Shown here: piece by piece, positions 1 to 7,477 of the stretch
Layout: each line of letters opens with the position of its first letter
Position numbering within the stretch: the stretch's first letter is position 1
From: Patescibacteria group bacterium
GTDB taxonomy: Bacteria > Patescibacteriota > Minisyncoccia > Phycocordibacterales > WO2-35-19
Direction of reading: 5' to 3'
Assembly (NCBI GenBank): GCA_038056395.1
Contig: JBBUFS010000003.1
Coordinates: 4,344 to 68,343 of the forward strand
DNA: 64,000 nucleotides
The notes under the pieces: model-generated
Told to the model about the DNA's origin: nothing
The model's input: the letters and a program-made list of their open reading frames with translations, nothing else
The model's database searches: none
Translations under genes and position numbers: made by a program

Positions 1-859
1 TCAAATCCTGACTTTTCTCATCTTTTTTTGATGACTTATCTAAAATTTCCTTGGCCTTATCCATTTCTTTTTCAAGCTGACGCAATTTCTCGGCCAGTGG
101 TTTTCTTTCTGTTTCTATTTTTTCTTCTTCTGCTTCCAAATAAATTTGCTCGCGTTTCAAATATTCCCTATAAAATTTTGTGAGCTTTACTCTAAGTTCT
201 TCAGCTTTCTCAACTTTTTCCACTTGTTTTTTGAGAAATTTTATATGGGGCGCTATTTCCCTCCTTAACGACTCTACTTGTTTTATATTTTCTTCCGTTT
301 TCAGTAATTTTCTCTCACTTTCTTCTCTTTTATACTGGTAAATTTTGAGTCCCAAAGCGTCTTCTATTATTTCTTTTCTTTCCTTGATATTGGCTGAAAG
401 TATCCTGTCAGCTTCTCCCTGTGAAATTATATGGTGTCCGGAAGCGCCTATGTGGGCCTGCGACAGCAGTTCAATGATATCTTTCAATCTTACCAATGAA
501 CCATTTAAATAATACTCATTACCGCCATCTCTGTTGACTATTCTTTCTATAATTAACTCTTCAAAATCCAGTTTGTTATCTTTAATGTTGAAATTATTTT
601 TTGTATTATCAAAAACAAGCTTTACTACAGCTCTGTTAGAACGGCTCATCTCGGATGAGCCGTTCCATATCAAATCTTCACCGCGCTTGCCGCGCATTGA
701 CTTCACGGACTGTTCTCCTAGGGCAAAACGAAAAGCCTCGGCAACATTGCTTTTGCCGCTTCCATTTGGTCCTACGATAGCCGTGATGGGCGATTTAAAA
801 TTTAGTTCTGTCTTTTTAGCAAAACTTTTAAACCCGCTTATCTCCAAACTTTTTAACAT
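1..859 (-). CDS. smc: Chromosome segregation ATPase SMC, N-terminal part; gene runs off the window at position 1
   Basis: Minus-strand reading frame open to window edge, ATG at 859; MLKSLEISGFKSFAKKTELNFKSPITAIVGPNGSGKSNVAEAF with Walker A GPNGSGKS, then coiled-coil-like sequence. Confidence 0.85.
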   Translation of the reverse strand, partial: MLKSLEISGFKSFAKKTELNFKSPITAIVGPNGSGKSNVAEAFRFALGEQSVKSMRGKRGEDLIWNGSSEMSRSNRAVVKLVFDNTKNNFNIKDNKLDFEELIIERIVNRDGGNEYYLNGSLVRLKDIIELLSQAHIGASGHHIISQGEADRILSANIKERKEIIEDALGLKIYQYKREESERKLLKTEENIKQVESLRREIAPHIKFLKKQVEKVEKAEELRVKLTKFYREYLKREQIYLEAEEEKIETERKPLAEKLRQLEKEMDKAKEILDKSSKKDEKSQDL

Positions 860-868
860 ACAAACATT

Positions 869-1564
869 TTACCAGTTTTTTTCTTTCAAAGCATTTCTGG
901 CGGCGGATTGTTCGGCACCTTGTTTAGAGTCACCTTCGCCTTCGGCTACTATTTTTTCACCAACAAAGACGGCGACGGTGAATTTTTTATCATGGTCAGG
1001 GCCGATTTCTTTTATAGTTTTGTATGACGGGGTTGTTCCCTCTATATCCTGCGCTTTTTCCTGGAATTTGCTTTTGGCGTCTGCCCAAAGTTCTTCTTTC
1101 ACTACTTGATCTGTCATGGGGGCGATATGCTCCAAAATAAAACCTTTTGCCTTTTCATAACCTAAGTCAATATAAATAGCTCCGATAATTGCTTCTAAAG
1201 CGTTAGCCAATATGTATTGTCGCGCTCGGCCTATATCTTTGGCTTCACCTCGGGAGAGAAACAAATAATCATTGATATTTAATTTTTTAGCCACCTCAGC
1301 GCAAGTTTGGGCATTAACCAAAGCGCTACGAATAGAAGTCATATCTCCTTCGTTTTTGTTAGGATATTCATCGTATAAATAATGGGTAATAACAAGTTCA
1401 AGCACCGCATCACCCAAAAATTCAAGCCGCTCATTGTGCTTGCCCTTTAAATTTTTATGTTCATTCAAAAAAGAGCGATGAGTGAACGCTTGTTTTAGTA
1501 TTTCTTGATTATTAAATTTTATTCCTATCCTTCCTTCAAATTCTGAAAAATCTTTTTCGTTCAT
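869..1564 (-). CDS. rnc: Ribonuclease III
   Basis: 231 aa; RNase III signature NERLEFLGDAVLELVI plus C-terminal dsRBD. Confidence 0.92.
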   Translation of the reverse strand: MNEKDFSEFEGRIGIKFNNQEILKQAFTHRSFLNEHKNLKGKHNERLEFLGDAVLELVITHYLYDEYPNKNEGDMTSIRSALVNAQTCAEVAKKLNINDYLFLSRGEAKDIGRARQYILANALEAIIGAIYIDLGYEKAKGFILEHIAPMTDQVVKEELWADAKSKFQEKAQDIEGTTPSYKTIKEIGPDHDKKFTVAVFVGEKIVAEGEGDSKQGAEQSAARNALKEKNW

Positions 1565-1577
1565 AAACTTTGTACTT

Positions 1578-2459
1578 TTAACTTTTAACTAACAGATTTA
1601 TGGCTTTGGTCACTATAGGCAAAATATCATCATAAAAATTCAAGTCAAGTATTTCCACTAATTTAAACCACTTAACATCATCAAGTCCGCCTTTCTTTTC
1701 TTTGTTTTCAAGAGTTAAGTCTTCAAACGGCGCTTCAGCTAAAAAGTATACAATATGTTTTTTTAATTTGCCCTTTTCCGGATGAAAAGTCTCGTAGCTA
1801 TTTTCACCAAGGCGATCTTTCGGCTTTATTTCTATGCCAAGTTCCTCTTTGGCTTCGCGCACAACAGCTTCTTTTTCACTCTCTCCTTCTTTTAATTTCC
1901 CTTTAGTCAGAGTCCAATGGCCGAAAACATCATGGACTAAAGCCACATAGACTTCTCCTTTATGGCGAGCATAAACAACCGCCCCAACCAAAGTTTCCTT
2001 GGTGACCGGTTTTTGGTCGGCGCTTTTTGCGTCTTTGCCTGGTTCGCCCATTTCCTTGTAGACAGCGCCAAGAACGCCGTTGACAAACTTGCCGCTGGTT
2101 TCTCCGCCAAATTTCTTAGCCAGTTCTATGGCTTCATTGATAGCTACTTTGGGCGGCACTTGTTCCCTGTCGGCGAATAGAAGCTCGTAAAGGCCGAGGC
2201 GCAGTATATTCCTGTCCATTACGCTTATTTTTTCAATGGGCCATTCGGGAGCGGCTTTGGTGATAACATTGTCAAGGTCTTTTTGCTTGGAAATTACTCC
2301 ATTCAAAAGACTTTTCATAAAATGCTCGGATTGAACGCCGGGAGCAAATTCCAAAGTATCTCTCGTCAGTACTTCGTCGGGATTTATTTTTTGACCGCTA
2401 AAATCCCACTCGTAGAGAGTTTGAAGAACTGTTGATCTTGCAAGGTGCCGATTAGCCAT
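1578..2459 (-). CDS. nusB: NusB antitermination factor fused to a C-terminal Nudix hydrolase domain
   Basis: N-terminal about 140 aa NusB-like (RSTVLQTLYEWDF...AINEAIELAKKFG); C-terminal half carries a complete Nudix box GKLKEGESEKEAVVREAKEELGI. Confidence 0.8.
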   Translation of the reverse strand: MANRHLARSTVLQTLYEWDFSGQKINPDEVLTRDTLEFAPGVQSEHFMKSLLNGVISKQKDLDNVITKAAPEWPIEKISVMDRNILRLGLYELLFADREQVPPKVAINEAIELAKKFGGETSGKFVNGVLGAVYKEMGEPGKDAKSADQKPVTKETLVGAVVYARHKGEVYVALVHDVFGHWTLTKGKLKEGESEKEAVVREAKEELGIEIKPKDRLGENSYETFHPEKGKLKKHIVYFLAEAPFEDLTLENKEKKGGLDDVKWFKLVEILDLNFYDDILPIVTKAINLLVKS

Positions 2460-2483
2460 TACAATATTTTAACAAATCCAAAA

Positions 2484-2711
2484 CTATTTGCTAGCCTTTG
2501 CTTTTTCTTTAGCTTTCTTTTCTTTCTTGGCAATTTTAGCATGAACATCTACAACCTGCCTGCCTTTGTATTTACCACAGACAGAGCAAACTGAATGCTG
2601 GGCTTTTGGACTGCCGCATTCTTTGCATAAAGTCAAAGCCGGGGCCACCAAAGCATGATGACTCCTTGTATTGCCCCTTTGGCTCCTATTATGTCTCATT
2701 CGAACTACCAT
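2484..2711 (-). CDS. rpmF: 50S ribosomal protein L32
   Basis: 75 aa, MVVRMRHNRSQRGNTRSHHAL... with CxxC...CxxC zinc ribbon. Confidence 0.9.
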   Translation of the reverse strand: MVVRMRHNRSQRGNTRSHHALVAPALTLCKECGSPKAQHSVCSVCGKYKGRQVVDVHAKIAKKEKKAKEKAKASK

Positions 2712-2757
2712 GGTTCTATATTAATATATTTCCCAAAATAAGGCAATATATGATTTT

Positions 2758-2802
2758 ATATAAAAGGAAACCGCCAGCAGATGTTATTTACACTACTGGC
2801 GG
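2758..2802 (-). terminator. Hairpin terminator of the GC-rich orphan gene; stop codon lies in the loop
   Basis: CCGCCAG (2771-2777) pairs with CTGGCGG (2796-2802); on the minus strand it is followed by TTTCCTTTTATAT. Confidence 0.55.
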
Positions 2803-3336
2803 CGGTTCTTTGGTACACAGGATCTCAGTGAGTTCCTTGTGCCATTTAAGCACATACCCAGAAAATGATGACGAATTGGTACAATCATTATCGCCGTAGT
2901 CAATTAGGCAATATTCCGATGGGCTCTTTTTGACAAAGTTTTCGCCCGTGTAGTAATGCGGATCCAATTCGCCGATATCTCCACCCGTGTTCCTTCCCAT
3001 CTCTCCAACCACGCGCAACCAATCCTTAATGGTGAGTTCTTCTCCAAACTCTCTTTTCTGTATGTTTACCAAACCAAACAGAGAAAAGTATGTTGGGGCA
3101 AGGAAGGGCGCGCGGCAGCGTCTCCAACATTTATACTCAGTTTGGTTCTGGTGTAGCCCTTTGCAGAACGCAACCCAGTCGGTTTTGACAATTCTGGAGA
3201 TGGAATTCAAATCACCCCTAAGCAGTCTCTTGACGACGGTTTTGATTATCCATCCAAACGGTTCAGCGCTCGGGAACTTTAACACCAGATTTCCGATCAA
3301 CAAAACAGCACGAGTACTTCCGTATACTATTTTCAA
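2788..3336 (-). CDS. GC-rich orphan protein, possibly a minimal protein-kinase-like (RIO/Kdo-kinase-like) fold
   Basis: 182 aa, TTG start with AGGAGA 5 nt upstream. Motif order VLK ... NQTEYKCW ... DPHYYTGENF ... CLIDYGD resembles kinase Lys / alphaC Glu / catalytic loop / DFG-like. No search was possible. Confidence 0.55.
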   Translation of the reverse strand: MKIVYGSTRAVLLIGNLVLKFPSAEPFGWIIKTVVKRLLRGDLNSISRIVKTDWVAFCKGLHQNQTEYKCWRRCRAPFLAPTYFSLFGLVNIQKREFGEELTIKDWLRVVGEMGRNTGGDIGELDPHYYTGENFVKKSPSEYCLIDYGDNDCTNSSSFSGYVLKWHKELTEILCTKEPPPVV

Positions 3337-3393
3337 TCTGTTCTCCTATCTAAACAGAAAATAACACAAAAAGTATTATTTAGTCAAATATTC

Positions 3394-3513
3394 TAACCTC
3401 TCCCCGTCCCTCTCCTTACCTTAAGGAGGGGGTGACTACTATTTATTATTCAGCCGTTGAGTGGAACTTGTTGCGCGGTTCCCTCCTTAAAATAAGGAGG
3501 GTTAGGGAGGTTA
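3394..3513. repeat. Degenerate closed member of the cloverleaf repeat family (outer stem plus two CCCTC..GAGGG hairpins around a 48-nt insert)
   Basis: TAACCTC (3394-3400) pairs with GAGGTTA (3507-3513). Hairpins CCCTCTCCTT/AAGGAGGGGG at 3408-3432 and CCCTCCTTA/TAAGGAGGG at 3481-3501. Confidence 0.6.
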
Positions 3514-4161
3514 GGTTTGAGAAAGTTTCTTACAAAAACTTTTGCGATGGATTTCGGAAAGACCGTGTTTGAGGAGGAGGGAGTAATGGAGCTTTGTACC
3601 ATACCCTTTGTGAATTGGAAACATATAGAGAGGGAATTTCCCGCCCAGGCGGCACATTAGGCGGTCGCGGCGGACTTTGGCGACAATGGAGGCACAGGCA
3701 ATAAAAATATCTTTACTATCGCCTCCAATTATGGTTTTTTGATTTTTAAATTCTTTTGGCGCTTTGAGCAGACCATCCAACTTAATATTAAAAGTATCAA
3801 AGGTGCCCTTTGAGTTTTGTAAAGTGTGTTGTAATTTTTTTAAACATCTTTTTATTCCCAATCCTGTCGCATAAGAAATTCCTTTTTTGTCTATTATCTT
3901 ATTTGAAATGTGGGAGACTTTAAAATTTATTTTTCTTGTCCCGCGAAGCTTTAGCGAAGTGGGATTTTTCCTTAATTTCAAAAATTCTTTATAAATTTCT
4001 TTTCTTCTTTTTGGAGAAAACTGCTTTGAATCTTTTATTTTGCCACCCAGTATTTTTATAAGCTTGCTTCTCAAATTTTGAGGGGCTAGAAATGCCGACA
4101 AAGTTATAGGTCCCGCCAAGGGCCCTCTCCCCGCTTCGTCAATCCCAATTATGTAGATCAT
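3511..4161 (-). CDS. rnhB: Ribonuclease HII
   Basis: 216 aa, MIYIIGIDEAGRGPLAGPI... typical RNase HII N-terminus. Contains two repeat-derived segments (listed separately). Confidence 0.9.
   Translation of the reverse strand: MIYIIGIDEAGRGPLAGPITLSAFLAPQNLRSKLIKILGGKIKDSKQFSPKRRKEIYKEFLKLRKNPTSLKLRGTRKINFKVSHISNKIIDKKGISYATGLGIKRCLKKLQHTLQNSKGTFDTFNIKLDGLLKAPKEFKNQKTIIGGDSKDIFIACASIVAKVRRDRLMCRLGGKFPLYMFPIHKGYGTKLHYSLLLKHGLSEIHRKSFCKKLSQT
3797..3840. repeat. 44-nt segment inside rnhB duplicated at 56597-56640
   Basis: TCAAAGGTGCCCTTTGAGTTTTG is identical at both loci (23 nt); 38 of 44 nt match overall. Confidence 0.8.
3938..3965. repeat. Family B GC-rich repeat inserted in frame in rnhB (encodes PTSLKLRGT)
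   Basis: CCGCGAAGCTTTAGCGAAGTGGGA versus CCGCGAAGCTTCTGCGAAGTGGGA in rplU (59211-59234). Confidence 0.75.
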
Positions 4162-4167
4162 GTATGA

Positions 4168-4173
4168 ATTATA
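4168..4173 (-). promoter_or_regulatory. -10 hexamer TATAAT 6 nt upstream of the rnhB ATG (leaderless-type)
   Basis: Minus strand reads TATAAT-tcatac-ATG; no Shine-Dalgarno. Confidence 0.5.
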
Positions 4174-4195
4174 ACTTAACTTTAAATATGGCGGA

Positions 4196-4238
4196 GCCCC
4201 CTTCCCCTTAGCAAGGGGAAGGGTTTGGGGATGAGGTC
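4196..4238. repeat. Fragment of the cloverleaf repeat family (central hairpin plus 3' outer-stem-like GGGGATGAGGT)
   Basis: CCCTTCCCCTTagcAAGGGGAAGGG followed by TTTGGGGATGAGGT; compare 42407-42431 and 42467-42482. Confidence 0.65.
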
Positions 4239-4246
4239 TTTTGTAT

Positions 4247-4252
4247 TATAAT
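4247..4252 (+). promoter_or_regulatory. -10 hexamer TATAAT 6 nt upstream of the dnaE ATG (leaderless-type)
   Basis: TATAAT-gccaat-ATG(4259); no Shine-Dalgarno. Confidence 0.5.
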
Positions 4253-4258
4253 GCCAAT

Positions 4259-7200
4259 ATGAAATTTACTCATCTCCATACCCACTCCCACTATTCCCTG
4301 CTTCAAGCTTTACCTAAGATTCCAGAGCTTATAGAAGCGGCTAAAAAGGAGGAGATGGAAGCTTTGGCGCTGACAGATAACGGCAATATGTACGGCGCTA
4401 TTGAATTTTATAAGGAGTGCAAAAAAGCCGGCATTAAGCCGATTATTGGCGTGGACGCTTATCTGGCCGGCCGCACCCGATTTGACAAACAGGCCGGTAT
4501 TGATAAAGATAGATTCAGATTGATTTTGCTTTGCAAAAATGAAACAGGTTATAAAAATCTTTTGAAATTAGTGTCAGCATCTTATTTGGAAGGATTTTAT
4601 TATAAACCGCGTATTGATTTTGAAATTTTAAAGAAGTATTCGGAAGGACTCATCTGCATTTCTTCGTCCTGGAGCGGGGACATTTCCACCGCTTTAAGAA
4701 ATAAAAATGTGGAACTGGCCAGAGAGTTGGTGCAGAAATATAAAAAAATTTTTGATGGAAATGATGATGGCGATTTTTACATTGAAATCACTAAACATCC
4801 GGAGCTGTCTGGACATAACGAACATATGGATATCTTGGCAGAGTTTGCCAAAGAAAATTCAATTGGAATCGTGGCTGCTCACGATGTTTATTATATCGCG
4901 CCGGAAGACAAAGAAGCTAAAAATACTTTAATGGCGGTAAGTCAAGGTGCTCCGCAGAGTAATGGCGAAAGGGGTGCTTGGGATAATGAAGATGAGGATT
5001 TCTCTTTTCTCTCGGAAGCTGAAATTGGGGAAAGGTTTAAGAATATGCCAGAAGCAATTTTCAACAACCATAAAATTACCGCTCTTTGCAATTTGGAATT
5101 GGAATTAGGTAGATGGTCTTTCCCCGACTTGAAGGTGGAGTCTGGAAAGAGTTATAACGAAGAATTGCGCGATCTAGCTTACAGCGGATTGGAAAAACGC
5201 GGCCTGCCGCGGAGCAAAGAGGTGATAGAAAGACTGGAATACGAGCTCAATATCATAGTAACAAAAGGGTATTGCCCGTATTTTTTGGTGGTGGCTGACT
5301 TAATGAATTACGCTCATGAGCACGGCATATTAACAAACATAAGAGGATCGGTCTCTGGATCGCTGGCAACCTACGCTTCCAATATTACAAATATAAACCC
5401 GTTGGAATACGAAATACCTTTTGAAAGATTTTTGAATCCGGACCGGCCCTCCGCGCCGGACATAGATATAGATTTTGCGGATAACAGGCGCGATGAAATA
5501 GTGGAATACGTCAAGAAAAAATATGGCGAGGATAAAGTAGCCCAAATAGGCACTTTTGGCACTATGATGGCTCGCGGCAGTGTAAGGGACACGGCTCGGG
5601 CTCTTGGTTTTGCCTACACCATTGGAGACAAAATAGCCAAACTTATCCCCATGGGCCAGCAAGGTTTTCCTATGACCATTGATCGCGCTCTAGCTGAAGT
5701 GCCGGAACTGGCAGAGCTTTATAAAAAAGACGCCGATTCAAAAAAAATAATAGATATGGCCAAAAAAATTGAAGGCTGCGCCAGACATATCGGAGTGCAT
5801 GCGGCTGGCGTAGTTATCAGCCCAACCGATTTAACCGACTTTACTCCTCTTCAATATGATCCAAAAGGCGAAGGCAAAATAATTACTCAATATGATATGT
5901 ACAGTGTAGATGAAAACGGCGCCGGGCTTTTGAAATTTGATTTTTTGGGGCTAAAAAATCTTTCCATTATTGCGGCCACTATTGCTTTAGCTAAAAAAAC
6001 AAAAGAGACAGAAATAGATTTGGACAAAATGCCGATTGACGATAAGAAAACATTTGAAATGTTAGCTCGGGGGGAAACAGAGGATCTTTTTCAGCTCAAT
6101 GGCGACGGTATGACCCGATTTTTGGTAGAACTCAAGCCTACTTCTATACACGATATAAACGCTATGGTAGCCTTGTACCGTCCGGGACCGATGCAATTTA
6201 TTCCAAATTATATAGAACGCAAGCATGATCCTTCCAAAATCACCTATCTTGATCCGGCCCTGGAGCCAATACTCAAAAAAACTTATGGCATTTTGGTTTA
6301 TCAGGATGATTTGTTGATGATGGCCCATAATTTAGCCGGCTATACTTGGGGCGAGGTTGATAAATTTCGCAAAGCGGTCGGCAAAAAAATTCCCAAAGAA
6401 ATGCAGGAACAAAGAGAGAAGTTCATAAAAGGTTGTATGGAATATTCAAAGTGGAATGAAAAGAAAGCCAAAGAAATTTGGAGCTGGATAGAACCCTTTG
6501 CCGCTTATGGTTTTAACAAAGCCCACTCTGTTTCCTATGGGAGAGTGGCTTATCAAACCGCCTATCTCAAAGCAAATTTTCCCGGAGAATATATGACTTC
6601 GGTGCTTTCGACTGAATCAGGAGATACCGAAAAAGTGGCTCAGTCCGTAGCCGAATGCAAAAGAATGAACATTGAAATTTTGCCACCGGATATAAATGAA
6701 AGTTATTCTGACTTTACTTTAATCAAAAAGGAAGTAAAAGATAGTAAAGAAACCATAAGATTTGGATTAACGACAATAAAGAATTTTGGCGAAGGAATTT
6801 CACACACAATAACTGCTGAAAGAAAAGAAAGAGGCAAATTCAAATCAATGGAAGATTTTTTAATCAGAATTCAGGACAGAAATTTAAACAAAAAATCTTT
6901 GGAAGCTTTGGTCAAGTCCGGCGCTTTTGATAATTTTGGAGAAAGGGGTAAAATGCTCGCTAACACGGAAACATTTTTGGAATACAGCAAAGAATCAGCT
7001 GGCAATAAAGACCAGGAATCTCTCTTTTCCTCTGTTGCTGTTTCAGGAGACTATTCTCCTATTCATTTAACGCCTGCAAATCCGGCTACTCCGGCTGAAA
7101 AACTAGCTTGGGAAAAAGAACTTTTGGGTTTGTATGTTTCAGGGCATCCATTGGAGCAATTCAAGGAAAAACTCTTGGCTCAAAAAAACACGATTAAAAA

Positions 7201-7468
7201 TATAAAAGAAAAGTCAAAAGAAAATGAAATAGTAGTAGTCGGCGGCCTCATAGAAAATATGCGCGATATTCTTACCAAAAACGGCGACAAAATGTTTTTT
7301 ATAAAATTTGTTGATTTAACCGATGAAATTGAATTGGTTGTCTTCCCCCGCGTTCTCCAAGAATTTTCTAGCATTTTTGTTCCCGACCAATGCATTGCCG
7401 TCAAAGCCCGCGTCTCCCTCCGCAACGGCGAAAAGACTCTCATTGCCGAAAAAGCCAAGAAGTTATAA
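4259..7468 (+). CDS. dnaE: DNA polymerase III alpha subunit
   Basis: PHP domain start MKFTHLHTHSHYSLLQA, polymerase core and OB fold. Start moved to ATG 4259 (the ORF track starts at TTG 4241). Confidence 0.93.
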   Translation: MKFTHLHTHSHYSLLQALPKIPELIEAAKKEEMEALALTDNGNMYGAIEFYKECKKAGIKPIIGVDAYLAGRTRFDKQAGIDKDRFRLILLCKNETGYKNLLKLVSASYLEGFYYKPRIDFEILKKYSEGLICISSSWSGDISTALRNKNVELARELVQKYKKIFDGNDDGDFYIEITKHPELSGHNEHMDILAEFAKENSIGIVAAHDVYYIAPEDKEAKNTLMAVSQGAPQSNGERGAWDNEDEDFSFLSEAEIGERFKNMPEAIFNNHKITALCNLELELGRWSFPDLKVESGKSYNEELRDLAYSGLEKRGLPRSKEVIERLEYELNIIVTKGYCPYFLVVADLMNYAHEHGILTNIRGSVSGSLATYASNITNINPLEYEIPFERFLNPDRPSAPDIDIDFADNRRDEIVEYVKKKYGEDKVAQIGTFGTMMARGSVRDTARALGFAYTIGDKIAKLIPMGQQGFPMTIDRALAEVPELAELYKKDADSKKIIDMAKKIEGCARHIGVHAAGVVISPTDLTDFTPLQYDPKGEGKIITQYDMYSVDENGAGLLKFDFLGLKNLSIIAATIALAKKTKETEIDLDKMPIDDKKTFEMLARGETEDLFQLNGDGMTRFLVELKPTSIHDINAMVALYRPGPMQFIPNYIERKHDPSKITYLDPALEPILKKTYGILVYQDDLLMMAHNLAGYTWGEVDKFRKAVGKKIPKEMQEQREKFIKGCMEYSKWNEKKAKEIWSWIEPFAAYGFNKAHSVSYGRVAYQTAYLKANFPGEYMTSVLSTESGDTEKVAQSVAECKRMNIEILPPDINESYSDFTLIKKEVKDSKETIRFGLTTIKNFGEGISHTITAERKERGKFKSMEDFLIRIQDRNLNKKSLEALVKSGAFDNFGERGKMLANTETFLEYSKESAGNKDQESLFSSVAVSGDYSPIHLTPANPATPAEKLAWEKELLGLYVSGHPLEQFKEKLLAQKNTIKNIKEKSKENEIVVVGGLIENMRDILTKNGDKMFFIKFVDLTDEIELVVFPRVLQEFSSIFVPDQCIAVKARVSLRNGEKTLIAEKAKKL

Positions 7469-7469
7469 T
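7464..7469 (+). promoter_or_regulatory. TATAAT 8 nt upstream of the thrS ATG, overlapping the dnaE stop
   Basis: aagTTATAATatttaaatATG. Confidence 0.35.
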
Positions 7470-7477
7470 ATTTAAAT

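Noticed and set aside
534-1109. 191-aa plus-strand ORF
   Set aside because: It is antisense to the clear SMC N-terminus (1-859) and rnc, and has low-complexity L/S/F-rich composition. Judged spurious.
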